In this document: piece by piece, positions 11,039 through 20,405 of the stretch
Position numbering within the stretch: position 1 is the stretch's first letter
How the letters are laid out: every line of letters begins with the position of its first letter
Source of the DNA: an uncultured Acidobacteriota bacterium
Lineage (GTDB): Bacteria > Acidobacteriota > Blastocatellia > RBC074
NCBI GenBank assembly: GCA_963796275.1
Contig: CAWCKY010000006.1
Location: forward strand, 736,001-800,000
DNA length: 64,000 nt
Direction of reading: 5' to 3'
Translations under genes and position numbers: made by a program
The notes under the pieces: model-generated
Databases searched by the model: none
Told to the model about the DNA's origin: nothing
Seen by the model: only the letters and a program-made list of their open reading frames with translations

Positions 11039-13447
11039 TTGAATTTTGAGATATGGTTTCAAAATATTCACCCTGAAATACCCGTATTATCAGCCACATC
11101 CGTCCTGGGTTTAGTGGCCGAAGGCGGGACGGTCCCGTTCATTGCGCGGTATCGCAAGGAACAGACGGGTAACCTCGACGAAGTCGCAATCCAAAATGTT
11201 ATCGATGCCGACGAGCGATGGAATGAGATAATCAAGCGCCAATCGTTCATCCTGGAGGAGATCGAGCGGCAAGGAAAACTCACCCAAGAGTTGAAAGATA
11301 AGATACAGAGCACCTTCAATCTCGAGCAGCTCGAAGACCTATACCTACCATACAAGCAAAAACGCAAAACGAAGGCCACAATCGCGAAAGAAGCGGGGCT
11401 CGAACCGCTGGCCGTTTGGATCTGGGATTGCGGTCACGGCGCGCAGTCTGCCGAGCCAGGCCAGACACTCGAATCCTATGCCGGGCAATTCCTTAATGAA
11501 GAGAAGGGAATCAAATATCCATCCGCGGCGATTCAAGGCGCGCAGGACATCCTCACTGAGCGTTTGAGTGAAATCGCAGAATTGCGTGAGACGGTGCGCC
11601 GCCTGATCTTCGAGCGCGGAGCAGTGAAGACCGTAAAAGCCGAAAAGGCCAAACCGAACAGCAAGTTCGAACGCTACTTCGAATATCACGAAGCTATCCA
11701 GTCGCTACTCCAACCGCAGAACTCACATCGTTACCTGGCAATGCGGCGCGGCTGGATGGAAGAGGAATTGACGCTCACTCTGGGCGCCGCACCTGAAGAT
11801 GCCGAGTTTGACGAGATATTGCTCAGGGCTTTTGAGAATGCCGCCTGCACCGTCTCCGATTCGCCGGGCGCGGACGTATTGCTCAAGTCAGCGAAGCTTG
11901 CCTTAAAGGCCTATGTCGCGCCGAGCATCGAGACGGAAGCGCATCGCTCACTCAAAGACATAGCTGATGAGGCTGCGATCAAAGTCTTTGCAGAAAACGT
12001 CAGAAAATTGCTGCTCGCCGCGCCGTTCGGATCGAAAGCCGTGCTCGGCGTAGATCCGGGGATACGCACTGGATGCAAACTCGCCATCGTCGACGACTCA
12101 GGGAAGTATCTCGCGAGCAATGTGATCTTTCTGCAGAGCAAGCATGAACAGGAGCAGGCGAAGAGCCTTTTAACCAATATTATGGGCACCAATTCAATTC
12201 GCGCGATCGCGGTGGGCAACGGCACGGCTGGGCGCGAGACTGAGAGCTTCATCAGAGAATCTTTGAAGGAGTTGAACCAGCCGCCCCCGGTAGTGATGGT
12301 TAACGAATCGGGAGCGAGCATATACAGCGCGAGCGAGGTTGCGCGCGAGGAGTTTCCCGACCTCGATCTGACCGTACGCGGAGCCATCTCGATAGCGCGG
12401 CGATTGCAGGATCCGCTGGCCGAGCTCGTCAAAGTCGATCCAAAGAGCATTGGCGTCGGACAGTATCAACACGACGTCAACCAATCTGCGCTGAAGAAGA
12501 GCCTGGACCTGGTGGTCGATTCCTGCGTCAACTCGGTCGGCGTGAACCTCAATACTGCGTCGTATCATCTGCTGGCGCGGGTATCGGGAATTGGACCTGC
12601 GCTGGCGAAAAAGATCGTCGACCATCGCGCGGTGAACGGCCTGTTCCGTTCGCGCGATCAACTGCTCGAGATACCGCGGTTCAGCAAAAAGACGTTCGAG
12701 CAGGCCGCGGGCTTCTTGCGCATACAGGGCGGCGACCAACCTCTCGATAATACCGGGGTTCATCCGGAGCGCTATCCGATGCTGGAGAAATTGGCGAGCG
12801 AGAGCGGCAAGAGCGTCTCAGATTTGCTCGGCCAGGGCGTCGAATTTGTAAAGCAGGCGCAGTCATTGCGGGAAGAGTTAGGCGGATATACTTTTGAAGA
12901 CATAGTCAAAGAACTCGAGAAGCCGGGGCGCGACCCGCGCGAGGAGTTCGCGTCTTTCGCGTACCGTGAAGACATTCACGAGATATCCGATCTGATACCC
13001 GGGATGGTCTGTCCGGGCATTGTAACTAACGTGACGAATTTCGGGGCCTTCGTCGATATCGGCGTGCATCAGGACGGGCTGGTTCACATCTCACAATTGA
13101 GCAACCGGTTCGTCAAAGACCCACGAGAGGTCGTCAGCCCAGGCGACCGCGTCAAAGTGAAGATACTCGAAATAAACCTGGAGAAAAATCAGATCGCCCT
13201 CTCGATGAAGACTGATGAACAGAGGGCGAGGCGTGAAGAAAAAAATGCCGGCGCACAGGTAGATACTCAAGAGGCGCCTCGCGATCGGAGAGACCGGGAG
13301 AAGAAAGATCCTGGCCAAAGTCGGGGCAAACCGGGCAAACAGGGCAAACGTGATAATCAGGACCAGCAGAAGCGCGGCCCATCGAAAGGTGCTTTCAATA
13401 ACCCGTTCGCCTCACTTGCCGACTGGCGCGATAAAGACAGGTCCTGA
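11039..13447 (+). CDS. tex: Tex family RNA-binding transcriptional accessory protein
   Basis: TVPFIARYRKE, DPGIRTGCK, ESGASIYSAS, SIGVGQYQHDV, C-terminal S1 domain (FGAFVDIG). Confidence 0.96.
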   Translation: MNFEIWFQNIHPEIPVLSATSVLGLVAEGGTVPFIARYRKEQTGNLDEVAIQNVIDADERWNEIIKRQSFILEEIERQGKLTQELKDKIQSTFNLEQLEDLYLPYKQKRKTKATIAKEAGLEPLAVWIWDCGHGAQSAEPGQTLESYAGQFLNEEKGIKYPSAAIQGAQDILTERLSEIAELRETVRRLIFERGAVKTVKAEKAKPNSKFERYFEYHEAIQSLLQPQNSHRYLAMRRGWMEEELTLTLGAAPEDAEFDEILLRAFENAACTVSDSPGADVLLKSAKLALKAYVAPSIETEAHRSLKDIADEAAIKVFAENVRKLLLAAPFGSKAVLGVDPGIRTGCKLAIVDDSGKYLASNVIFLQSKHEQEQAKSLLTNIMGTNSIRAIAVGNGTAGRETESFIRESLKELNQPPPVVMVNESGASIYSASEVAREEFPDLDLTVRGAISIARRLQDPLAELVKVDPKSIGVGQYQHDVNQSALKKSLDLVVDSCVNSVGVNLNTASYHLLARVSGIGPALAKKIVDHRAVNGLFRSRDQLLEIPRFSKKTFEQAAGFLRIQGGDQPLDNTGVHPERYPMLEKLASESGKSVSDLLGQGVEFVKQAQSLREELGGYTFEDIVKELEKPGRDPREEFASFAYREDIHEISDLIPGMVCPGIVTNVTNFGAFVDIGVHQDGLVHISQLSNRFVKDPREVVSPGDRVKVKILEINLEKNQIALSMKTDEQRARREEKNAGAQVDTQEAPRDRRDREKKDPGQSRGKPGKQGKRDNQDQQKRGPSKGAFNNPFASLADWRDKDRS

Positions 13448-13462
13448 CCGAAAGTTTGTGAT

Positions 13463-13939
13463 ATGGGTGAAGTATTATCGCTCGAACGAATGATCTCTCA
13501 GAGAGAACGATTGCGCACGCAAGATCGCAAGGTGGTCTTTACCAATGGCTGCTTCGACCTGATCCATTTGGGCCACGTTCGTATGTTGACCGAAGCCAAG
13601 AGCCTTGGCGATGTCTTGATTGTCGCAATCAATAGCGACCGATCGGTACGCGAGCTGAAGGGCCCTAACCGGCCGATATTGAATGAGCATGAGCGCGCCG
13701 AGTTATTGGCCGCATTGGCCTGCGTGGATTACGTCATTATTTTCGATGACCTGTTGCCGCGGGAAACTATCATGGCAATCCAGCCGGATGTCCTGGTCAA
13801 GGGCGGAGATTATACTCCAGACACGATCGTGGGACGTGATGAGGTCGAAGCCATAGGTGGCGTTGTCAAAAGCCTTTCATACGTCGGGGGATTCTCCACG
13901 ACCGATTTGATTGAACGAATTAAAAAAGTTCATCGTTGA
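13463..13939 (+). CDS. rfaE2: D-glycero-beta-D-manno-heptose 1-phosphate adenylyltransferase
   Basis: [38 protein letters not shown]. Confidence 0.93.
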   Translation: MGEVLSLERMISQRERLRTQDRKVVFTNGCFDLIHLGHVRMLTEAKSLGDVLIVAINSDRSVRELKGPNRPILNEHERAELLAALACVDYVIIFDDLLPRETIMAIQPDVLVKGGDYTPDTIVGRDEVEAIGGVVKSLSYVGGFSTTDLIERIKKVHR

Positions 13940-13942
13940 ATT

Positions 13943-13964
13943 TTGATAGTTGATCAACTATCAA
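13943..13964. terminator. Perfect 22-bp palindrome between convergent genes, possible bidirectional terminator
   Basis: ttgatagttga|tcaactatcaa overlapping the stop codon at 13954. Confidence 0.45.
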
Positions 13965-15180
13965 CTATTTTTCTTACCCCGCTCAACAACCGCTCGATCT
14001 CCTCGTCCGTCGTATAACAGACGCAGCCGGCGCGGACCAGGCCCTGTTCGGTTTTGCCCAATCTTTCAGCCACCGATTGCGCGTAAAAATCACCGTGGGA
14101 CGCGAAGATGCCGCGTTCAGCGAGACTGCGCGCCACATCGATCGATGGGATGTCTCCGACGATGAACGAAACAGTCGGCGTGCGCGGTGAATCCGGATCG
14201 GGTCCGAAGACGGTTACTCCATCGATCGATTGCAGCCCATCCCATAATTTCCTGAACAATTGATCGCCGCGCACGTGCAATCCCGCGAAGGCGTTGCGCA
14301 ATTTATCGCGGAGCGTTGCTCCCTCAGCCAGCGAAGCGAGGAATTTTACCGCTGCCGCCGCGCCGACTATGCCCTCGTGAACTTGCGTGCCGGTCTCCAG
14401 ATGTTCCGGCGGTTCGTTGGGCGCCGGCTGCAGTTTCGGAACGTCGAGCGATTGCAACAGGTCGTGGCGGCCGTAGAGAATGCCGATGTGCGGACCGTAG
14501 AATTTGTAAGCTGAACAGGCGAGCAGATCGCATTCGAACGCGCCCACATCGATGAGTGCGTGCGGCGCATAATGCACGGCGTCAACGAAGACGAGAGCGC
14601 CGGCATCATGAGCCAGACGGGCGGCCCGTTGAACTTCGTTGATCGTTCCGAGCACGTTCGATGCCGCGCCGATGGCCAGAACCTTGGTTTTGCGGTTGAT
14701 CGCCGATTCGAGGTCATCCCAGTTGAGCTGGCCGGTCTCCGTCAGCATTCTTACAGTTCGAACGGTTAACCCTCGATCCTTCGCGAGCTCGCGCCAGGTG
14801 TCAACGTTGGCGTGGTGATCGAGTTCGGTGACGACGATCTCGTCGCCCGGATGGAATCTCCGGCCCAATGTCCGTGAGAGATGAAAAGTGATCGTCGTCA
14901 TATTCGCGCCAAATGAGATTTCGTTCGACGCACAGTTGAAAAAATCGGCGAACGTCCTGCGCGCATCATCCAGTAGCCAATCAGTCTCGGCGCTGGTTGG
15001 ATATGCCCAGTGTGTATTCGCGTTGTGGTTGATCAGATAATCGCTGACCGATTCCACGACCGCCCGCGGGACTTGTGTGCCGCCCGGACCATCAAAGTAG
15101 GCAACGGGAAAACCCTCATGTTTGCGCGCGAGGGCAGGAAAGTGCGATCGGATTTCAGATGTTGAAATGATTGAGGTCAT
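13954..15180 (-). CDS. Cysteine desulfurase-like PLP enzyme (aminotransferase class V, subfamily lacking the catalytic Cys)
   Basis: YFDGPGGTQVP, DHHANV, DAVHYAPH, SAYKF (PLP Lys), HGDFYA in place of GxHCA; likely start MTSII at 15180. Confidence 0.9.
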   Translation of the reverse strand: MTSIISTSEIRSHFPALARKHEGFPVAYFDGPGGTQVPRAVVESVSDYLINHNANTHWAYPTSAETDWLLDDARRTFADFFNCASNEISFGANMTTITFHLSRTLGRRFHPGDEIVVTELDHHANVDTWRELAKDRGLTVRTVRMLTETGQLNWDDLESAINRKTKVLAIGAASNVLGTINEVQRAARLAHDAGALVFVDAVHYAPHALIDVGAFECDLLACSAYKFYGPHIGILYGRHDLLQSLDVPKLQPAPNEPPEHLETGTQVHEGIVGAAAAVKFLASLAEGATLRDKLRNAFAGLHVRGDQLFRKLWDGLQSIDGVTVFGPDPDSPRTPTVSFIVGDIPSIDVARSLAERGIFASHGDFYAQSVAERLGKTEQGLVRAGCVCYTTDEEIERLLSGVRKIVDS

Positions 15181-15268
15181 GATAATTGATAATTGAGAAA
15201 GTTGATTAGCGAACAACTGCTATTTTAATCAGCGCAATTATCAATTATCAATTATCAATTATCAATTA
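15181..15268. repeat. Inverted heptamer arrays (GATAATT / AATTATC)
   Basis: gataattgataattgag ... caattatcaattatcaattatcaattatcaatta; arms touch the upstream stop and the downstream ATG. Confidence 0.85.
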
Positions 15269-16526
15269 CCCAGATAAGGTATAGTCATTGGCCCTTCGGG
15301 CAAGACGGCGATCGGTGAATCCTTATCAATTCTATTCAACTCGCCGGATAAGAAAGACGCAATATCGCCGATCGGTTCAAGATGCGCGCGGTGGATCTGT
15401 TCGGGCGGAATATCGCTGAACAGTCCGACGCGGGCTTTCAATCGAATCATAGCCAGAAGTTGCGCTTCCCACTGGTCATACATTGAAAATCCCGGCGCGA
15501 GAATCGTATCGAGAATCGCCTGTGGTGAGTCGTGATCGAAGAGAAGCTTCCGGAAATTTCCGTGATCTGGAAACCCATCATTGCACTTCGAAGCCGCAAC
15601 GATCAAACCGCCGTGTTCGATTATCTGCGCGGCAGCTGACATTCCCTTGACTGCCTGATAAAGATTTTGATCGAGCGGGTAACCGCTGTTCGTCGTGATG
15701 ACGATCGGGAAAGACTCGGGGCAGGGAATCATTACTGTCGATTTGGAGAACTCGCATCCCTGCTTGTGCGCGGACATCACCTCGCCGCAGAAATAGCCGG
15801 TGATCTGGCGCTGCCGGTTGAGAGTGACGTTGATGCAGAAGTCCAATGGGAGCAAGGAACCATTCGCGCGAATCTGCTCCTGTGTGGGATTCTCTTCGAG
15901 CACACCCCAGGTGCTCCGCGGATGGCCGATTACCTCGGCGCGGTGGTAATGCATTATCGCATCGATATCGGCGATAGCCGGGAAGATGCCTTTATAGCCG
16001 CCCGAAAATCCGGCCATGAAATGCGGTTCGATGAAACCGAGCGCGATGCGCTTGCTGGCTTCGACGTATTCTTTATTCATGAAAACGTCATGGCCGTCAG
16101 CTGTCTTTCCCGCGAATTTGAGCGTCGCCGGGTCGTGCGAGTCGTGATTGACGACGCGGAAGCGCGAAAAAATCTCCTGGCCCACCATCGCCGCCAGCTC
16201 ATCCGCCGTATTGACGCGATGTGAGCCGGTGCCGTTGATGATGACGAAGTTTTCGGCGGGCACGTGCGGCAACTCGGCGAACAACCAGGGCAACAATCGG
16301 TCGGACGGCAGCGGGCGCGTGATATCGGGGATAACTATGGCGACTCGATCGGTCGCGCCGATTAATTCGCGCAGCGGTTTGGAATCGATGGGAGCGCGCA
16401 CGGCGCGGCGGAAGGTCTCCGCTTCATCGGGGATCCCGGAATGAAACGCGGCGCGAGGATGGTCACGTTGTTTGACGGGATATCGATTGCTAGTCCGTCT
16501 TTACCGTATTGTAGATGGGTGTGCAT
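15262..16526 (-). pseudogene. larA: LarA-family (nickel-pincer-dependent lactate racemase-like) gene with a single-base frameshift near 16435
   Basis: DITRP, GTGSHR, EPHFMAGFSGGYK, GYPLDQNLYQAVKG. The N-terminus MHTHLQYGKDGL... (ATG 16526) is one base out of frame with the body. Confidence 0.8.
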
Positions 16527-16553
16527 GGTTTTTTAGAAATTCTTATTCTCTCT

Positions 16554-17849
16554 TCACGAAGCCTCAGTATTTTGATCCAGCGAGCCGTATCGGCGCAATT
16601 GCGGTGAGAGCCGGGCCACTAATGCGACGACGATCAAAGTCCCGAATCCGCCGCTAACTACCGAAAAGACCGTGCCAAAGAAGTATGCAATCGTCCCCGA
16701 TTCAAACCGCCCCAACTCGTTGGAGGCGCTGATGAACATTCCGTTGACCGCTGAAACACGACCGCGCATCTCATCGGGAGTCAAGATAGTCACGAGCGTT
16801 TGGCGCACGACGACGCTGATGTTATCGAATGCGCCGGTCATGAACAACATGACTAGCGATAGCCAGAAGTTGCGCGATAGCCCGAAGATGATCGTCGCAA
16901 CGCCGAATCCTGCGACCGCAAATAACAGCGATCTGCCTGCTTTTTTGAGCGGTGGCAGATGCGTAGTTATGATGGCCGTCGTGACCGCTCCCAGCGAAGG
17001 TGCGGCCTGCAACCAGCCCAATCCTGTCGGTCCCACCTGTAGTATGTCTCTGGCATACACCGGCAAGAGGGCCACGGCGCCGCCGAAAAGAACGGCAAAC
17101 ATATCGAGCATCATCGCTGCCAGCAGGATACTCGTTTGACGGACGTACCCGAATCCAGCGAGGAGCGATTGCAGGTTTCTGCTGCCGGGTTTCGCTGTAG
17201 CGGAGGGCTCCGCGACATAAGGCCGCTTCGTCATGCGGGCGAGCATCGCTAGATAGAAGAGTCCCGCCAATCCGGCGCTGATATATACCAGAGTTGTTCC
17301 TTTCATCAATGCGATCAATGCGCCGCCGAGCGCGGGACCGATCATTGCGCTGAGCTCAAAACCGCTGACCGACCATCTGACTGCGTTGCCGAATATCGGA
17401 GGAGGCACGAGTTGCGGCATGAGCGATGATCTGGCGGGACCCTGAAAAGAGCGTGCCACACCGTTCAGAAACAGAAAGGTATAGATGAGCAGGACGTTGC
17501 CGCCCCGGAACGAGAGCGAAGCGAGACCGAAAGAGCTGATGGCTGCCAGGGTTGTTGCCGCCATGAGAACTTTACGGCGGTCGAAGCGATCGGCTATCTG
17601 GCCGGCAAAAAGCGCCAGTCCGATTATCGGGATCACCTGGACGAGCCCGACCATTCCCAGAGCCATCGCTGAAGATGTCTTTTCGTAAAGCTGCCAACCG
17701 ACGCCGACCGTCTGCATCTGCACGCCCAGCACAGAGACCAGATGACCCGCGAGGAGCCGCCGAAAATCTCGCACGCGTAATGCGGCATATGCGTCGTGTT
17801 TTGTGATGGATCGTTCAGTGGGTTCGCTGGCGGAATTGACAGAAGACAT
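16554..17849 (-). CDS. MFS transporter (MFS_3/EntS-like)
   Basis: About 12 TM segments, motif A GQIADRFDRR, PDEMRGRV; likely start MSSVN at 17849. Confidence 0.9.
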   Translation of the reverse strand: MSSVNSASEPTERSITKHDAYAALRVRDFRRLLAGHLVSVLGVQMQTVGVGWQLYEKTSSAMALGMVGLVQVIPIIGLALFAGQIADRFDRRKVLMAATTLAAISSFGLASLSFRGGNVLLIYTFLFLNGVARSFQGPARSSLMPQLVPPPIFGNAVRWSVSGFELSAMIGPALGGALIALMKGTTLVYISAGLAGLFYLAMLARMTKRPYVAEPSATAKPGSRNLQSLLAGFGYVRQTSILLAAMMLDMFAVLFGGAVALLPVYARDILQVGPTGLGWLQAAPSLGAVTTAIITTHLPPLKKAGRSLLFAVAGFGVATIIFGLSRNFWLSLVMLFMTGAFDNISVVVRQTLVTILTPDEMRGRVSAVNGMFISASNELGRFESGTIAYFFGTVFSVVSGGFGTLIVVALVARLSPQLRRYGSLDQNTEAS

Positions 17850-17874
17850 TGCGATAGTTTGGTGAAATGCGAAA

Positions 17875-17896
17875 GGGCGACCGATCGCGGTCGCCC
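17875..17896 (-). terminator. Hairpin downstream of tRNA, probable intrinsic terminator
   Basis: gggcgaccg-atcg-cggtcgccc followed on the minus strand by tttcgcattt. Confidence 0.6.
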
Positions 17897-17911
17897 CATT
17901 CATTTATTCGA

Positions 17912-17995
17912 TGCGGATGAGAGGACTCGAACCTCCACAGAATTGCTTCTATAGCGTCCTGAGCGCTACGCGTCTACCAGTTCCGCCACATCCGC
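17912..17995 (-). tRNA. tRNA-Leu(CAG)
   Basis: GCGGATG/CATCCGC acceptor stem, D-loop GGAACTGGTAGAC, anticodon arm TAGCG-CTCAGGA-CGCTA, long variable arm, GGTTCGAGTCC; CCA not encoded. Confidence 0.96.
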
Positions 17996-18008
17996 GTTGA
18001 CGAAAAGC

Positions 18009-18037
18009 ATACTACAGAGTGGATGAGAGGGTGTCAA
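18009..18037 (-). promoter_or_regulatory. Sigma70-type promoter of the tRNA gene
   Basis: TTGACA-17 nt-TAGTAT on the minus strand, ending 13 nt before the tRNA. Confidence 0.75.
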
Positions 18038-18120
18038 GTTTATGTCCCGGAAGCGCGGGTCTGCTTGAGTCATCGGGCACTTCTCGAAGACCTGGAGGCC
18101 ACTCCGGACGGCCGCTGGTG

Positions 18121-18206
18121 AATAGTTTTCAGGTTTCAGTTCTTAGTTTTCAGTTTCAGTTTGATGATCTCGATCAGCAACTGAAAACTAAAAACTGAAA
18201 ACTATT
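18121..18206. repeat. Inverted heptamer arrays (GTTTTCA / TGAAAAC)
   Basis: aatagttttcag... ctgaaaactaaaaactgaaaactatt; same unit at 21803-21889 and 36690-36803. Confidence 0.85.
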
Positions 18207-18267
18207 TTTGAGGGCATATGCGAACCACGTGCCTCGAAAAATGCCGGTTTGCCATAATACCGATGGG

Positions 18268-18846
18268 TCAAGTTCCCCGGACTTGTAACCCCAACTCCTC
18301 TTGAATCTCACGAAGCGAGGCGATCACAAAAGCGCAATGTTCGTCGAAGCTCACGCCCAGTTCTTCGGCGCCGCTCCAGAGGTCGTTGCGGTTGACGGTG
18401 CGAGCGAACGCTTTGTCCTTTATTCGTTTTTTGACGGACGAGACTTCTAGCGTATCGAAGCTCTTATCGGGCCTGACCAGCGCGCACGCGACCAGGAATC
18501 CGCAGAGTTCATCGGTGGCGAAGATGGCATGCTCCATCAGGCTCTCGCGGTTGACCCCCGTGTAATCGGCATGCGAGAGGATCGCCCTGATTACATCACC
18601 CGGATAATTACGTTCGCGTAATACTTCAGAGCCCAGTTGCGGATGGCGCTCATCCGGATAACGCTCGTAGTCGAAGTCGTGCAGCATACCGACCAGCCCC
18701 CATCTCTCTTCGTCCTCGCCATATTTGCGAGCGTAGGCGCGCATCGCATATTCGACGGCGCGCGCATGTTTACGCAGGCTCTCGCCGGCCGTCCATTCGC
18801 ACAACAGTGCCCAGGCCTCTTCACGTGTTGGTATTCTCTCGGACAT
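18268..18846 (-). CDS. HD-superfamily metal-dependent hydrolase
   Basis: SLRKH, LHDFDYE, AILSHA, DELCGF, KDKAFAR. Confidence 0.9.
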   Translation of the reverse strand: MSERIPTREEAWALLCEWTAGESLRKHARAVEYAMRAYARKYGEDEERWGLVGMLHDFDYERYPDERHPQLGSEVLRERNYPGDVIRAILSHADYTGVNRESLMEHAIFATDELCGFLVACALVRPDKSFDTLEVSSVKKRIKDKAFARTVNRNDLWSGAEELGVSFDEHCAFVIASLREIQEELGLQVRGT

Positions 18847-18856
18847 GGATATAATT

Positions 18857-18936
18857 CACCACAAATAACGCGAAAAGACAAAAGACACAAAGTAAAGAAG
18901 TTTTTGTGTCCTTTGTCTTTCTTCGTCTGTGATTTG
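18857..18936. repeat. Inverted nonamer-like arrays (AAGACAAA / TTTGTCTT)
   Basis: aaaagacaaaagacacaaag ... tttgtgtcctttgtcttt; similar to 1-20, 2022-2106 and 3334-3423. Confidence 0.6.
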
Positions 18937-18945
18937 ATTGTCTAG

Positions 18946-19359
18946 TTACTTTTTCGCGGCTCTGCGTGCTTTGAGCTCATCCCTCGTAATTTCACCGTCA
19001 TTGTTGGCGTCTATTTTGACGAATTGTTTCGGTTTCCCTTTCCACTCCTCGCGCGAAATTTTCCCATCATTATTCGCGTCCATCTCTTTCATTCTATTCT
19101 GTCGCGCGGCCAGCTCATCGCCTGTGAGACTGCTGTCACCGTTCGCGTCGAGCTTGTCGAAAGCCTGAGGCTTGCCTTTCCACTCTTCTCGTGAAATTTG
19201 ACCGTCGTTGTTTGTGTCCATTCGCTTCATTGCGCCGCCCTTGCCATTCTGCCCTCTTCCGCCCTTCCTGCTTGTACTCGTATTTGTATCCTGAGCAAAT
19301 GATAGACCTGTTACAATTAGTGTGAATAAACAAACGGCAAAAAACGATAATCGTGTCAT
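18946..19359 (-). CDS. Secreted EF-hand domain protein (4 EF loops)
   Basis: Signal peptide (SFA-Q); DTNNDGQISREE, DANGDSSLTGDE, DANNDGKISREE, DANNDGEITRDE. Confidence 0.9.
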   Translation of the reverse strand: MTRLSFFAVCLFTLIVTGLSFAQDTNTSTSRKGGRGQNGKGGAMKRMDTNNDGQISREEWKGKPQAFDKLDANGDSSLTGDELAARQNRMKEMDANNDGKISREEWKGKPKQFVKIDANNDGEITRDELKARRAAKK

Positions 19360-19466
19360 TTAAATTTTCCCCTTCTTGAGTAAAAGTTTTAATATTGTGA
19401 CGGAGCGATCTTCTACTTGGCACAAATAAGAGGAGAGGGTCCGGCAGAAAGTCGGAAAAAATATCG

Positions 19467-20399
19467 GTGGTAATAAATATAAATGGAAAATCATCCGGCT
19501 TCGCTATAGAAGCACAGGACTTATTGAAAAAGTATGAAGATCTGGCCGCCGTTAATGGAGTCAGTTTCAGCGTTCGAAACGGCGAAGCATTCGGCTTGCT
19601 GGGGCCGAATGGGGCTGGGAAATCGACCATTATGCGGATGATCTATTGCCGTACGCCACTCACATCGGGCACGCTGCGGGTGGTGGGGTTCGACGTGGCG
19701 CAAGGGCCGCGTTCGATAAAAGAGAGGGTGGGAGTCGTACCGCAGGAGAACAATCTCGACCCCGATCTCAGCGTACGCGATAACCTGCTCGTTTATGCGA
19801 GGTTTTTCCGCATCCCCAGAAAGATTGCCGAACAACGCGCCGATGAGTTGATGGAGTTCATCGAGCTCAATGACAAACGCGACGCCCGGATCGAATCGTT
19901 ATCCGGGGGTATGAAAAGGCGACTGATGATCGGGCGCGCGTTGATAAACGATCCCTCCCTTCTGATCCTCGACGAACCTACGACCGGTCTCGATCCGCAC
20001 GTGCGGCTCGCCATCTGGGATAAACTGCGCGAGCTTCGCGATCAGGGGCTGACTGTCCTGCTTTCGACGCATTATATGGACGAGGCGGAAAAGCTTTGTG
20101 ATCGTCTGTTGATTATCGATCAGGGGCAAATCCTCGTCAGCGGCACGCCGCGGGAATTGATCGAACGTCACGCTCTACATTTCGCGCTCGAGGCTCGTGG
20201 TTGTAACGGCAGAGTGTTAAAATCTTCTCTCCCACAGATCATCGCCGAACGGCGCGGATCGACCCATTTTTATTTCGCCTCCTCGCCAGAACAGCTCGCG
20301 TCCCTCATGCGCGATTATGAGGATTGTGAGGCGTTTCTGCGCCCATCGAACCTCGAGGATGTTTTCTTACGATTAACTGATCGTGACCATTTGACCTGA
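19467..20399 (+). CDS. NodI-like ABC exporter ATP-binding protein
   Basis: GPNGAGKST, GVVPQENNLD, LSGGMKRR, DEPTTGLDP, LEDVFL. Confidence 0.9.
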   Translation: MVININGKSSGFAIEAQDLLKKYEDLAAVNGVSFSVRNGEAFGLLGPNGAGKSTIMRMIYCRTPLTSGTLRVVGFDVAQGPRSIKERVGVVPQENNLDPDLSVRDNLLVYARFFRIPRKIAEQRADELMEFIELNDKRDARIESLSGGMKRRLMIGRALINDPSLLILDEPTTGLDPHVRLAIWDKLRELRDQGLTVLLSTHYMDEAEKLCDRLLIIDQGQILVSGTPRELIERHALHFALEARGCNGRVLKSSLPQIIAERRGSTHFYFASSPEQLASLMRDYEDCEAFLRPSNLEDVFLRLTDRDHLT

Positions 20400-20405
20400 A
20401 TAATT

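Noticed and set aside
13954-15180. Selenocysteine lyase linked to the selenoprotein
   Set aside because: Lacks the catalytic Cys motif and is about 42 kb away with no operon link
17915-18030. 10-bp repeat ggatgagagg shared by the tRNA 3' end and its promoter spacer, as an att site
   Set aside because: Too short, located upstream of the tRNA, and no integrase is present
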